Origin: an uncultured Gammaproteobacteria bacterium
Lineage (GTDB): Bacteria; Patescibacteriota; Microgenomatia; Levybacterales; GWA1-39-11
Assembly: GCA_964511305.1 (NCBI GenBank)
Contig: CAZEEU010000002.1
Span: 17,608 to 81,607, forward strand
Length of the DNA: 64,000 bases
Direction: 5' to 3'
The position numbers were made by a program, and so were the translations under genes. A model generated the notes under the pieces. The model had not been told where the DNA came from. It made no database searches and worked only from the letters and a program-made list of their open reading frames with translations. Below are positions 20,155 to 30,437 of the stretch, piece after piece (position 1 is the first letter of the stretch; every line of letters starts with the position of its first letter).

Positions 20155-21396
20155 TTATACAAACAAACTACCAAATCCACCGACTAGTGCGCCGATTGTG
20201 ATTGCAACACCGCATGCTATAAGTAAAAAGTTCTGCAATCTAGTATTTTTATATTTACCCATTAGCTCCTTATCATTTACAAATTTATACAAGAAGAACA
20301 AAATTACCGGCAAAAATATACCGTTTAAAAAGTCTGCATACAGTGTAAATTTAAACAATGACACATTTGGGAAACTAACAACTAGAACCCCTAAAAGAAC
20401 TTGGATTATAAAGAACCCATAAAAAAGCCTACTCTTCGAAAAAGAGACGTCAAGACTCCCTTCGTAGCCAAAAAATTCCGAGAACGCATAAGCAGTCGCC
20501 AATGGCACAATGGCTGCTCCAATAAATCCTGCAACAATTAACCCCCCACCAAAAAGAACACCGGCAAGCTCTCCTGCAAAAGGCTTAATAGCTACAGCAG
20601 CATCAGCTGCCCCTTCAATTTTGAGGTCATTTGCAAAAACTGTCGCGGCAACTGCAACCATCATAAAAAGAGAGAAAAGATTAGTAAGAAATGCCCCTGC
20701 AAAAATTTCAGCACGATTATATTTGATCCTATCAATCGTTAGCTTCTTATCCTTAACGTAACTATTTATAAAGAATTGTCCCCATGCCGTAACTGTAGTT
20801 CCTAATACCGCGATCGAAGTATATAAGTAGTCAAATGATATTTTTGATTGAGGAACAATAACTGATTTTGCAACCAATCCCCAGTCGGGCTTTGCAAGAA
20901 CAGCAGATATAAAATAAGCAACATAAAAAACAATCAAAAAGAGAAAGAACTTCTCCACTTTTGCGTACGAAGCCTTTGTTATAAAAAAGAATAAGAATGC
21001 AATAACAACAGGAAGAAAAATCCATAAATTGAGGTTAAATAACGACAAACCATCTTTTAGCCCTCCTATATTTTGGATAATTACCCCAAAATTCACAAAA
21101 AATAGGAGTGAGAATATTAGCACACTCACGCGAATTCCAAATTTTTCGCGGATTAAATCCCCTAGACCTTTCCCGGTAACAATTGCCAGCCTACTTCCAA
21201 TTTCTTGTGTGATAATCAGTACGACAGTAATAGGAATAATCGTTGCTAACATTGAGTAGCCAAACTTGGAAGCGGCAACTGAATATGTCGCAACTCCTCC
21301 AGCATCATTATCAGCAAAAGCGGTTATAATTCCTGGCCCAACAACTGCCATGATGATCAGTATTTTAATTTTTGCTCTTTTTAAAAATTGTTTCAT
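20155..21396 (-). CDS. NRAMP-family divalent metal transporter
   Basis: GPGIITAFADNDAGGVATY, many TMs. Confidence 0.9.
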   Translation of the reverse strand: MKQFLKRAKIKILIIMAVVGPGIITAFADNDAGGVATYSVAASKFGYSMLATIIPITVVLIITQEIGSRLAIVTGKGLGDLIREKFGIRVSVLIFSLLFFVNFGVIIQNIGGLKDGLSLFNLNLWIFLPVVIAFLFFFITKASYAKVEKFFLFLIVFYVAYFISAVLAKPDWGLVAKSVIVPQSKISFDYLYTSIAVLGTTVTAWGQFFINSYVKDKKLTIDRIKYNRAEIFAGAFLTNLFSLFMMVAVAATVFANDLKIEGAADAAVAIKPFAGELAGVLFGGGLIVAGFIGAAIVPLATAYAFSEFFGYEGSLDVSFSKSRLFYGFFIIQVLLGVLVVSFPNVSLFKFTLYADFLNGIFLPVILFFLYKFVNDKELMGKYKNTRLQNFLLIACGVAITIGALVGGFGSLFV

Positions 21397-21403
21397 GTAA
21401 TTA

Positions 21404-22621
21404 TCATAATTTTCGCTCAATATCTTCAACCATATCATCAAATTTCACGACACCGATCATCTTTCTATTATCCTCAATTACTGGTAACGCATACAGTTTG
21501 TATTTCAGCATCCTCTTCAAAGCAATTTCCTGTGGTGTCGTAAGATGGGCAACAACAACATCCTGCTCCATGAATTTAAAAAGTTGCACATCAGACTCTT
21601 GCTTAAGAATATCTGCAAGACTCACAACCCCAACTAAATGTTTTTCGCTATTGTGTGTGTATATATATGAGGCAAATGGTGATTCGGGCAACAATGTCTT
21701 TATTTCGGAGAGTGCCTGTGAAGCGGTTAGCTCGGAATTAATTGTAATAAAGTCAGGATTTAAAAGCTTTCCTACCGACGTCTTTGAATACTTAATAAGC
21801 TCTTTTAGCTCTTCTCTTTTTTTTGCCTCAAGCCCTTCTAGTATTTCGATTCTCTTTTCTCGAGGAAGTGTTAAGAGAATATCAACAGCTTCATCTGGCT
21901 CGAGAATGTCAATGAGTCTTGTTGCCTGCTCTGTCGGAAATCTTTTAAAAAGCGCGGTCTGATAATTTACGTTAAGGTCTTCAATAACATCAGCGGCATA
22001 TGAAGCGTCAAGACCGACAATAATTTTATTAACATTTTTGATATTTGTCTTTTCCAGATAGTCAGCCAGATCTTCTGGCCTCATCCTTTCAAGATCAGAA
22101 ATATCTTTCTTCAGTTGAATGGTACCGCGAGCAAGCTCAAGTGGCTCAATATCTCCCCAAGATAAAAAGTGAGGATGAGAAAAAATATTTAAAGCTTTAT
22201 ATATGGGCACTGTTGGCTTCTCAAGCTTGAACCATCTCAAGATTGCTCTAAATCCGACATCAACTCCTGCGATATAGTATTCCGAATTATTGTCTTTATC
22301 TTGGATAGCAATATCATTTACCCTTACAACTTTTCCACCTTTAACATCAATTATCTGTCTATTTAATAAATTTTTTGCAAGTGAAAATTCTCTTTCGGCA
22401 ACGTCTTTCTCGACATAATCCGCATTTACTACAACGTTTTTGTCGATCTTAACAAGATCCTTTATTACTATGGCAAATGTTTTTCTCTTGCCTTTTTTTA
22501 TAAAAAGTTTTGTTACTTTTGGGGATTCTTCAGCAAGAAATAGAAAGTCTTTTAGTGTCCCAATCTGCTTATTATTGGTATTAACAACTTTCTTATTAAC
22601 GAGCTCTGAAAAATAATACAT
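21404..22621 (-). CDS. PRC-barrel + MgtE N-terminal + CBS domain protein
   Basis: QIIDVKGGKVVRVND, PEDLADYLE, EPDEAVDIL, CBS pair; no TM; next to NRAMP. Confidence 0.85.
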   Translation of the reverse strand: MYYFSELVNKKVVNTNNKQIGTLKDFLFLAEESPKVTKLFIKKGKRKTFAIVIKDLVKIDKNVVVNADYVEKDVAEREFSLAKNLLNRQIIDVKGGKVVRVNDIAIQDKDNNSEYYIAGVDVGFRAILRWFKLEKPTVPIYKALNIFSHPHFLSWGDIEPLELARGTIQLKKDISDLERMRPEDLADYLEKTNIKNVNKIIVGLDASYAADVIEDLNVNYQTALFKRFPTEQATRLIDILEPDEAVDILLTLPREKRIEILEGLEAKKREELKELIKYSKTSVGKLLNPDFITINSELTASQALSEIKTLLPESPFASYIYTHNSEKHLVGVVSLADILKQESDVQLFKFMEQDVVVAHLTTPQEIALKRMLKYKLYALPVIEDNRKMIGVVKFDDMVEDIERKL

Positions 22622-22914
22622 ACGGGCAGCAAATGAACCACGCTTTCATGCGCTTAATTCATTGTATGATCAGTGAAAAAGTGAAGTCAAGAAGAAGAAA
22701 ACTAAATTACAGTCGTATCAAGTGATTGGGGAAAAACTGCACAACTTCAAGTGCATAACAACCGCTTGAGAAGAGTTACTGGAAAGGCTTAGCGTGATAG
22801 AGATACCAAAACCTATTTAAGAATAATGAATTTCTATCAACTCGTCAAGGAATTTCAATTATCGTGCTTTTGAAATTCTTTCCTCACTTTTTACCAAGAA
22901 AGTTATCTAGCGTC

Positions 22915-23397
22915 TCACTTACCCTGTAACCATTCGTTTTGATTTGCCACCATCAAAGGAAATTCTTTTCTATAAGAGCTATATCTTTCTGCTAATTCAG
23001 GGTTACTCGAAGCTAACATTTCCACAGCAAGTAGTGCTCCATTGTCTGCTCGTCCTATTCCCACAAAGGTCAGTGGGATAGGAACCTCAGGTTTCAATGT
23101 GGTAGGAAAGATGGCCAAAGCAAGCAGATTATTAAAACCATTGGATTTTTCTGTTGCAAGAGGGACCCCAATAACCATTTTTACGTTTTTTGATGCTAGC
23201 AGTACTGGTAATACAGGGTCTTGGCCAGCAGCGGCAATAATTACTCCAACGCCTGAGTCCATCTTCTGTAAAAATTCCGGTTCATAATGTATAACTTCGT
23301 GCGTTACTCCAAAATCATTCAGTACCTTAACAGCACCTGACATGCCCTCCAAATCCTCAGACCCTCCCACTACTACTCTTACAGTAGAATCTTCCAT
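22915..23397 (-). CDS. Degenerate PurE-like protein
   Basis: VIIAAAG, VIGVPL, VGIG..NGALLA retained; GSxSD and catalytic SAHR loop missing. Confidence 0.7.
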   Translation of the reverse strand: MEDSTVRVVVGGSEDLEGMSGAVKVLNDFGVTHEVIHYEPEFLQKMDSGVGVIIAAAGQDPVLPVLLASKNVKMVIGVPLATEKSNGFNNLLALAIFPTTLKPEVPIPLTFVGIGRADNGALLAVEMLASSNPELAERYSSYRKEFPLMVANQNEWLQGK

Positions 23398-23408
23398 TCC
23401 TTCTTTTC

Positions 23409-23711
23409 TTAAACCTTCCATCCCATATGTATTGCCATATCTAACTCATAATTGTCTGAAATTTCGATTACTCTCCCATTAAAACCATCGGGCTTAAATT
23501 TACCATTGATACGATACTCTCTTGGATTAACAATTTCTGTGTGGATTTTATGTTCTTTTGCTCGTTCTAGTGCGAGTGCGTTTGGATTACTGGAAACAAC
23601 AACTGGGACAATAACACCTAATCTATCTACCTTCCGAGCCGAAAGAGGACCAGATTCCATTGTAGTTCCGTCGCCCGAAACAAATATACCTGCGTTCTTT
23701 TCATACGGCAT
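23409..23711 (-). pseudogene. N-terminal half of PurN (GAR transformylase)
   Basis: IFVSGDGTTM, VVSSNPNALALERA..HKI; stops at the LAGFM-equivalent HMGWK, before the catalytic N-x-H. Confidence 0.7.
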
Positions 23712-23772
23712 TTAAACTAGATATTACCAAACATAGTTACAAAAACAAGAGAGAAAGGATATACTTACATAT

Positions 23773-24261
23773 GTGAAATTACATGAGGATTACCTTCGAT
23801 CTCTAATGTTTGGACTGCAGGACGGCATTGTCAGTACGACTGGCGTTGTAGTTGGTATTTCAACTGGAGTATCAAGCAAACCAATTATCGTTCTTGCTGC
23901 ACTCGTTGCTGTTATGGTAGAGGCAACATCAATGGCTGCCGGACAATACACTTCTGAAAAAGCCGTACATCAAATGGATAAAACTGGAAAGCATACTGAT
24001 AGTTTGATGATAGGCGCAGTTATAATGTTCTTTTCTTACTTAGTTGGAGGAATGTTTTCGATCATACCAACGCTTCTCTTCAGACAGCCGGAGGCCCGAA
24101 TAATTGCCATAATGTCATCTTTCGTTGGACTATTCTTAATTGGATATTTGAAGGGTTATCTTGTCGAACATAAGCCGCTACGAAGTGCCATTGAACTCTT
24201 TATAATTGGCTCAATTGCAACAACAATTGGTCTTATCGTTGGCCACTTCCTAAAAGTCTAA
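23773..24261 (+). CDS. VIT1/CCC1 family metal transporter
   Basis: FGLQDGIVST, SMAAGQYTS. Confidence 0.92.
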   Translation: MKLHEDYLRSLMFGLQDGIVSTTGVVVGISTGVSSKPIIVLAALVAVMVEATSMAAGQYTSEKAVHQMDKTGKHTDSLMIGAVIMFFSYLVGGMFSIIPTLLFRQPEARIIAIMSSFVGLFLIGYLKGYLVEHKPLRSAIELFIIGSIATTIGLIVGHFLKV

Positions 24262-24507
24262 CTAATTGGTTAATCCAAGAGCTTTTAGGGCTTCTTTTGG
24301 GGTATGATAAGTTCTATTCGGAGGTAGAACCTGAACAAGAGTCATTACGTTTATGTTAGCTCCCTGACTTGCAACCTTCTTAAAAATTTCCTCTTTAGTC
24401 GCTGGGTAATTTACGATCGAAAGGTATCTTTGAACGTCACTTAAATTTTCAAAAACACTGGTTCCCTTTCCTGTTCCCACTGATATTCTTGTATTGCGTA
24501 CATTCAT
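24262..24507 (-). CDS. DUF2795-like small protein
   Basis: VQRYLSIVNYPATKEEI...GA...LP...Y.TP. Confidence 0.75.
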   Translation of the reverse strand: MNVRNTRISVGTGKGTSVFENLSDVQRYLSIVNYPATKEEIFKKVASQGANINVMTLVQVLPPNRTYHTPKEALKALGLTN

Positions 24508-24589
24508 AATTACTAATGTAGTCTTTAAGAATGAAAGCACAACTAAAGAATGGTAAGGAATCAATAAAAAGAGTTACAATATATAAAGA

Positions 24590-24754
24590 ATGAAAGGACT
24601 TAAATTCTCACTGCTTCAACTTATAATTTGTGTTTGCTTGATATTATTTATTGCATTTGTACTTATCAATGCATATAAACCCTCTGTTTCACCTACTGTT
24701 GCACCACAAGATCCGGTTGTTACTATTCCATTTCAACAGATTAAAGTTAAGTGA
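24590..24754 (+). CDS. Small membrane-anchored protein (54 aa), not in ORF track
   Basis: MKGLKFSLLQLIICVCLILFIAFVLINAYKPSV...; TACAAT 9 nt before ATG. Confidence 0.65.
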   Translation: MKGLKFSLLQLIICVCLILFIAFVLINAYKPSVSPTVAPQDPVVTIPFQQIKVK

Positions 24755-24774
24755 TTGGTGATTGGTGGATAGAA

Positions 24775-25170
24775 TTAGATAGCAGAAGCTTGATGTGTTG
24801 AGGTTGAGGTTCTTACAGCTTTTTGTTTTCCTGCTTCGCTTTTCGAATTCAATGAATTCTTGTGTGCTTGGCCCCATTTATGCATTGTTTCAAGAACTGG
24901 CAAAAGAGTTCTACCATACGGTGTCATTGAGTATTCCACTTTAGGAGGGACTTGGGGATAAACTTTTCTTGATATAAGCCCATCTTTTTCAAGCTCCCTC
25001 AGCTGCTCAGTTAGCATTTTTTGAGTTATATGAATTATATTTCTTTGAAGCTCAGAAAATCTGAGAGTCTGGTCAACCAATAAAAACATGATCAAAGGCT
25101 TCCATTTTCCACCCATTGCTTCCAGAGTCACTTTTACTGAAGAACATCCTACCGATATTGGTTTTGTCAT
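24775..25170 (-). CDS. HxlR family wHTH regulator
   Basis: GGKWK, RFSEL, ITQKMLTEQLRELEKDGLI.RKVYPQVPPKVEY. Confidence 0.95.
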   Translation of the reverse strand: MTKPISVGCSSVKVTLEAMGGKWKPLIMFLLVDQTLRFSELQRNIIHITQKMLTEQLRELEKDGLISRKVYPQVPPKVEYSMTPYGRTLLPVLETMHKWGQAHKNSLNSKSEAGKQKAVRTSTSTHQASAI

Positions 25171-25192
25171 ATTTTGATTATTAAAAACGTAA

Positions 25193-25380
25193 CTTAGCGT
25201 AAACGAAGTTTGCGCCAAGCTCTGCTTAGCGTAGCTCTGCTTAGCGTATACGAAGTTTGCGCCAAGCTCTGCTTAGCGTAGCTCTGCTTAGCGTATACGA
25301 AGTTTGCGCCAAGCTCTGCTTAGCGTAAACGAAGTTTGCGCCAAGCTCTGCTTAGCGTAGCCAAGCTCTGCGTAGCCAAG
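25193..25380 (+). repeat. Modular tandem array of GNA-triloop hairpin units
   Basis: 32-bp unit CTTAGCGTA(A/T)ACGAAGTTTGCGCCAAGCTCTG x4, 15-bp unit CTTAGCGTAGCTCTG x2, then 20-bp and 10-bp variants. Confidence 0.95.
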
Positions 25381-25521
25381 ACTTTTTTTGGTACTTAATT
25401 AATATTGCAAGAAAGGCTTAAATAAAGCTGAATACATACTTAGTTTCCTTTTTGATAGTATAGCACATTATTGTGGGTACTTGTTGATTTACAACTAAGT
25501 CCCTATAGTATACGGTAGGCT

Positions 25522-26145
25522 ATGAAAAATGACAAATACACTACTCTTGCAACCTCATTTGTAATTGATACAACTATCGCTGCACTCAAGAAAAACAACA
25601 TATCCGCTATGGTTGTTGATACAGAGGAAGAGGCAATCACACAGGCAACCAGCCTCATTCCTGAAGGGTCTGAGGTTATGACAGCAACTTCAAAAACTCT
25701 TGAAAAACTTGGTCTTGATACCCTTTTCAATGACTCGGGAAAATATAATTCAATTAAATCTCAACTTAAAAAGCTTAATAGGGAACATGATGGATTGAAA
25801 ATGCAAAAACTAGGCGCTGCGCCCGAATACGTAATTGGAAGTGTTCATGCTGTAACCAAAGATGGAAAAATAGTTATTGCCTCAGGATCTGGAAGCCAAC
25901 TACCGTCGTACTCATATAGTGCACCGAATGTTATATGGATTGTCTCAACAAAAAAGATAGTAAGCGATGTTGAAGAAGGCCTTGATAGGATTTATCAGCA
26001 TATTCTTCCTCTTGAAGACGAAAGAATGAAAGAGGTTTATGGACCTGAGTCAGGCAGTACTCCTCGCAAAATCTTGATAATCAACTCTGAATTGAACCCA
26101 AAAAGGATAAATATAGTCTTCGTTAAGAAAAATCTAGGATTTTAA
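25522..26145 (+). CDS. LUD-domain (LutC/YkgG-like) protein
   Basis: SVHAVTKDGKIVIASGSGSQ, VIWIV...KIV. Confidence 0.85.
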   Translation: MKNDKYTTLATSFVIDTTIAALKKNNISAMVVDTEEEAITQATSLIPEGSEVMTATSKTLEKLGLDTLFNDSGKYNSIKSQLKKLNREHDGLKMQKLGAAPEYVIGSVHAVTKDGKIVIASGSGSQLPSYSYSAPNVIWIVSTKKIVSDVEEGLDRIYQHILPLEDERMKEVYGPESGSTPRKILIINSELNPKRINIVFVKKNLGF

Positions 26146-26189
26146 TTGGCGTCTTGACTTCCTTACTTAAAATACGTACCATAAATCCC

Positions 26190-26726
26190 ATGTCTGATGA
26201 AATGTGTCCTAAGTGTGGAAGCCCACTTGGAGAAATAACAACAACCCCTACCGGAAAGAAATTACAACGCTGCACAAATGGATCCTGGGATAAAGAAACA
26301 AGAAAAAATGTTGGCTGTGATTTTGTTAAGTGGCTTGAAGTAGAGCCAGAGACTTTGGATGAAAAATGTCCAAAATGTGGATCCCCTCTCACTCTAATTG
26401 TGACTCGGTTTGGCAAAAAAATGAAGAAATGTTCTACCAATCAATGGGACAAGGATACAAAAAAAGCTAGTGGATGTGACTTCGTCGAATGGATCAATGG
26501 CACAACAGAACCTCTCGATGAAGATTGCCCTACTTGTGGCAATAAGCTAGTTCTCTATACAACAGCAGCTGGTAAGAAGATGAAAAAATGCTCAACCAGC
26601 GGTTGGGATTCAAAGGCAAGAAAAGCAACTGGATGTGCATATGTCGAATGGCTCAAGGCTGGAGAATATACAAAAAACGAAGACCACGGTGGCGAAGAGT
26701 TCCTTCCACCAGACCCTAATGAATAG
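26190..26726 (+). CDS. Stand-alone topoisomerase I-type C4 zinc-ribbon repeat protein
   Basis: Three CPxCG...GKK..KC...WD...GC..VxW repeats. Confidence 0.85.
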   Translation: MSDEMCPKCGSPLGEITTTPTGKKLQRCTNGSWDKETRKNVGCDFVKWLEVEPETLDEKCPKCGSPLTLIVTRFGKKMKKCSTNQWDKDTKKASGCDFVEWINGTTEPLDEDCPTCGNKLVLYTTAAGKKMKKCSTSGWDSKARKATGCAYVEWLKAGEYTKNEDHGGEEFLPPDPNE

Positions 26727-26764
26727 CTAAGCTTTCATTCGAATTTATTAATCCCTCAAGAATC

Positions 26765-28027
26765 ATGAAAAAAGCTGATGTAATTTCAGAAGCTCAAAGA
26801 ATTTTTGATCTCAACACAATGTCTGGGTATTCCAAATGGCGGGATACTGAGTATAGATTTATTGCTCCTGCAAATCGTGAATATACGTTTCAGTGGTATT
26901 GGGATACCGCCTTTCATGCGATCGTACTTTCTCATTTCGATACTCTCCGCGCAAAAAATGAAATAAGAAATTTCCTAAAAGCACAATGGGATAATGGCTT
27001 CCTCCCCCATATAATATTCTGGGGCAAGAAAAAAATGCTGCCACATTGGGCATACATAGAAAGTGCTATTTCAATACGGCCAAGAACTACTTCCATTACA
27101 CAACCTCCGATTTTTCCAATATCAGTTGAGAAGATATTTCAAAAGGACCATGATCGGGACTTTCTCAAAGAAGTCCTTCCGTCCCTTGCTAAAAATCATA
27201 GGTGGCTTTTAGAAAACCGAGATGTCGATCAAGATTATTTAGTTTCGATAATTTCACCAAATGAGAGCGGCATGGACGAGCTACCTGTATTTCAATATGC
27301 AGCAGGATATACAGGACTTGAAACAGCTCGACTTCACTATACCTATAGACGCGGGGACATTCTCAACCAGCGATATAAATTTGACAATAAGAAAATTCTT
27401 GAGAAAGATTACTTCAATGTTGAAGAACTTCTTTTTAATACCGTTTTTGCTGAAAGCTCAAGGGCACTATCAAGGCTATTTAAAGAAATTGGAAATGCTC
27501 CAGAGTCTGTCTTTTTTGAGATGGTTGCCACAAAAACAGAGGATGCAATCATTTCAAAATGCTGGAATGACAAAGACGAAATATTCTATTCACTCTATAA
27601 AAAGGATGAAAAACAAGCAAAAGTAAAAACTGTTGCCTCACTTATCCCTCTATTTCTTGAAGGGCTTAAGGGTGCAAAACTTAAAAAGCTTGTTGAGGAA
27701 CATTTAAAAAATCCGAAGGAGTTTTGGACCCCCTATCCCTTCCCAAGCGTGAGTCGCGACGAAAAATATTATGTACCAGGTGATACTCCCTTCCATCAAG
27801 TAAAACTCTTATGGCGTGGGCCAACATGGCTTGCCACAAATTGGTTTGTTATAAAGGGCCTGCAAAAACATGGCTATAAAAAATTAGCCAAGGAGGCTGT
27901 TGATAAAATGACTGAGATGATCGATCGCGAAGGATTTAGGGAATACTACAATCCAGAAACCGGAGAAGGTTATAGGCGTCAAAACTTCGGCTGGAGCACA
28001 TTGATCCTTGACTTGCTTGAAGAATAG
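26765..28027 (+). CDS. GH63/MGH1-like glycoside hydrolase
   Basis: YTFQWYWDTAFH, TQPP, ESGMD, WRGPTW..TNW, FREYYNP.TGEG. Confidence 0.9.
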   Translation: MKKADVISEAQRIFDLNTMSGYSKWRDTEYRFIAPANREYTFQWYWDTAFHAIVLSHFDTLRAKNEIRNFLKAQWDNGFLPHIIFWGKKKMLPHWAYIESAISIRPRTTSITQPPIFPISVEKIFQKDHDRDFLKEVLPSLAKNHRWLLENRDVDQDYLVSIISPNESGMDELPVFQYAAGYTGLETARLHYTYRRGDILNQRYKFDNKKILEKDYFNVEELLFNTVFAESSRALSRLFKEIGNAPESVFFEMVATKTEDAIISKCWNDKDEIFYSLYKKDEKQAKVKTVASLIPLFLEGLKGAKLKKLVEEHLKNPKEFWTPYPFPSVSRDEKYYVPGDTPFHQVKLLWRGPTWLATNWFVIKGLQKHGYKKLAKEAVDKMTEMIDREGFREYYNPETGEGYRRQNFGWSTLILDLLEE

Positions 28028-28082
28028 ATCATCCCCTCCACCCAATTGACACTTCTTAAAATTTTATGTATCCTAAATCTAG

Positions 28083-28499
28083 ATGAAGAAATTCCTATTT
28101 GCAATTTTACTCGCAACCGCTTTCTTAATTCCAACAGCAACATCATCCCAAGCAGCCACACCAAACTTACCAACACATTTTCGTATTCCCCATGTAGCAG
28201 GGGTCTTTGGCATGGGGGTTGCTAAAAAAGCAATCGTAAAAGTTCATTTTGCACCACTCCTCTGGGTTAAAAACGTTAGCTATGTTCTAACATATGATGC
28301 CAATGGAATTCCTCAAGGAATCTCTGGATCATTTAATCCAAATGGAAAGAGTAATGTTTCTAAAGAATTTTTCCTTGGCACCTGCTCAGGCAGCGTTTGT
28401 ATAAAGCATGAAAAAATTAAGAATGTAAAAATACAGGCAACCTTTGAATATACAGATAATACATCAGAAACCAAAACCGACAACATCTTCGTTTTCTAA
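28083..28499 (+). CDS. Hypothetical secreted protein
   Basis: Signal peptide; YVLTY...QGI.GS, FLGTCSGSVC..H. Confidence 0.75.
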   Translation: MKKFLFAILLATAFLIPTATSSQAATPNLPTHFRIPHVAGVFGMGVAKKAIVKVHFAPLLWVKNVSYVLTYDANGIPQGISGSFNPNGKSNVSKEFFLGTCSGSVCIKHEKIKNVKIQATFEYTDNTSETKTDNIFVF

Positions 28500-28552
28500 C
28501 TTAAATCTAGCAGCTTTTCTTAATTTCACAAGAATCATGTATAATATAGGAT

Positions 28553-30031
28553 ATGATTCAGGCTAAAAACATTTCATTTGCGCATCTTCGCCCGATATTT
28601 ACTGAAGTGAGTTTTACAATCGGAGAAGGACAAATCGTAGGAATAGCAGGACCAAATGGTGCTGGGAAATCTACTCTCTTTAAGCTACTCATGCGAGAAG
28701 AACATCCCCGAGAAGGAGAGATAGTAATTGATGGATCAATAGTTCTCGTTCCTCAAGAAATTAAGTATGACCCGATCCTTGAAAAGGCTAATACCCTTCG
28801 CGAGTACCTTGATGAACACTATGTCAGAGAAGATCGCGAAATTTTATCAATGATCCATGGACTTGAGATGAATGATATAGATCTTTATGCAGAGCCACAT
28901 AATCTGTCTGGAGGACAAAAAACCAAACTTGCGATTATTCGTGCACTCTTGCTAGAACCTGACATATTACTCCTGGATGAACCTACTAACTTTCTAGATA
29001 CTAAAGGAAAAGCATGGGTTGCTAAATTTCTGTCATCATACCCAAAGACATTATTACTTATAAGTCACGATCTTGATCTCCTTGATTCTGCAATCGATAA
29101 AGTTATGACAATCGATCCTCTCAAAGCAAAAATTGAAGAATATAAAGGTAATTACTCCCAATATCTCAAGTTAAAGGCGCAACACGATGCACTTCTTACC
29201 CGCCAAATTGTTAATACCTCAAAGCACGTGAAGCGAATGGAGAAAAGCTTAGTAGGTCTAATGGGAAGAAAATCAGAAAAAGGAGTCAGGCAACGCGTAC
29301 AACTCCAAAAAAGAATTGAGAGAATAAAAGACAGTCTTCCTCCTCTTCCGAAAGAAGCTAGAGGATTTAGATTAAATCTTCCAGAACCTCATCCGATAAG
29401 TGATATTCCTGTAAGAATTGCAGAAGTCACAAAAGCCTTTGATGATGTAGTAATTCTTGAAGACTTCACAACAACAATAGGAAAAGGAGACAAGGTTGCG
29501 CTTATTGGTAGAAATGGAGCGGGTAAAAGTACGTTCATAAAAATGATAATGGGCGAGATAGAACCTGACAGTGGCGAAATAATAAAAGGACAAAATTTAA
29601 AAATTGGATATTACTCACAAGAGCTTGAAGCATTGGACTTTAACAAAAATCTTCTTGAAACCGTCGCTTTTTACAAAGCTTTTCCTGAAGAAAAAATACG
29701 GGCACATTTGGCTGCCTTCTTATTTACAGGAGATAAAGTCTATCAACGCGTAGGCTCTCTTTCAGGCGGTGAAAAAACCAGACTCTCAATTGCCCTACTT
29801 CTTCTTGATAACTTCAATATGCTCATTCTAGACGAGCCTACGACTTATCTTGACGTTATGTCTCAAAGAATTATTCTAGAGGCGATAAAAAGGTATAAGG
29901 GGACAATACTGATAGTAAGTCACACAGAAGACTTTATAAAAGAACTCATGCCTACAAAAGCAATTATTCTACCAGATCAAAAAGTGGCACGATGGGAAGA
30001 CTCACTGCTAGATGGCGTCGGGGAAATTTAG
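28553..30031 (+). CDS. ABC-F family ATPase
   Basis: Two ABC domains (GPNGAGKST/LSGG/LDEPT; GRNGAGKST/LSGG/LDEPT), no TM. Confidence 0.93.
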   Translation: MIQAKNISFAHLRPIFTEVSFTIGEGQIVGIAGPNGAGKSTLFKLLMREEHPREGEIVIDGSIVLVPQEIKYDPILEKANTLREYLDEHYVREDREILSMIHGLEMNDIDLYAEPHNLSGGQKTKLAIIRALLLEPDILLLDEPTNFLDTKGKAWVAKFLSSYPKTLLLISHDLDLLDSAIDKVMTIDPLKAKIEEYKGNYSQYLKLKAQHDALLTRQIVNTSKHVKRMEKSLVGLMGRKSEKGVRQRVQLQKRIERIKDSLPPLPKEARGFRLNLPEPHPISDIPVRIAEVTKAFDDVVILEDFTTTIGKGDKVALIGRNGAGKSTFIKMIMGEIEPDSGEIIKGQNLKIGYYSQELEALDFNKNLLETVAFYKAFPEEKIRAHLAAFLFTGDKVYQRVGSLSGGEKTRLSIALLLLDNFNMLILDEPTTYLDVMSQRIILEAIKRYKGTILIVSHTEDFIKELMPTKAIILPDQKVARWEDSLLDGVGEI

Positions 30032-30405
30032 GGCTGCTGTATTTCCGTGTGCACATTATTTACTGTTATTGGCAAGCACAATAAATCCATAGATTTGTAT
30101 GAGTTGTATATCTCTATTCCCTCACCCTCATTTAATATGGCAGGAAAAAGGATTTCTACTCCTCTTATAAGCTCAGTGCCTCTTATCTCTATGTGCTTGC
30201 CACGAATATTTCTCTTGGGATTATCTACAAAAATGATAGTAGATCCGCCTTCATCGCCAACCTTTGCTTCAATAGTCACATTTGGGAAAAAATTAGAGGC
30301 ATATTCACCATTAGGATCAAGAATATCTTCTCCTAAAAAAATCCACTCACTTTCGTTGGAACAATGATGTCTATTTTTTATATACGATGACGACTCAAGA
30401 AGCAT
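30028..30405 (-). CDS. Hypothetical protein
   Basis: Open frame with TACAAT just upstream. Confidence 0.5.
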   Translation of the reverse strand: MLLESSSYIKNRHHCSNESEWIFLGEDILDPNGEYASNFFPNVTIEAKVGDEGGSTIIFVDNPKRNIRGKHIEIRGTELIRGVEILFPAILNEGEGIEIYNSYKSMDLLCLPITVNNVHTEIQQP

Positions 30406-30437
30406 TTGGAGTATTGTAAGAATAAGCGTTCAAAAGA

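Noticed and set aside
24751-24812. GTGATTG x2 and TTGAGG x2 micro-repeats at the hxlR 3' end
   Set aside because: Too few copies to distinguish from chance.
25193-25380. CRISPR array
   Set aside because: No unique spacers; units abut directly and are internal variants of one another; no cas genes in the window.
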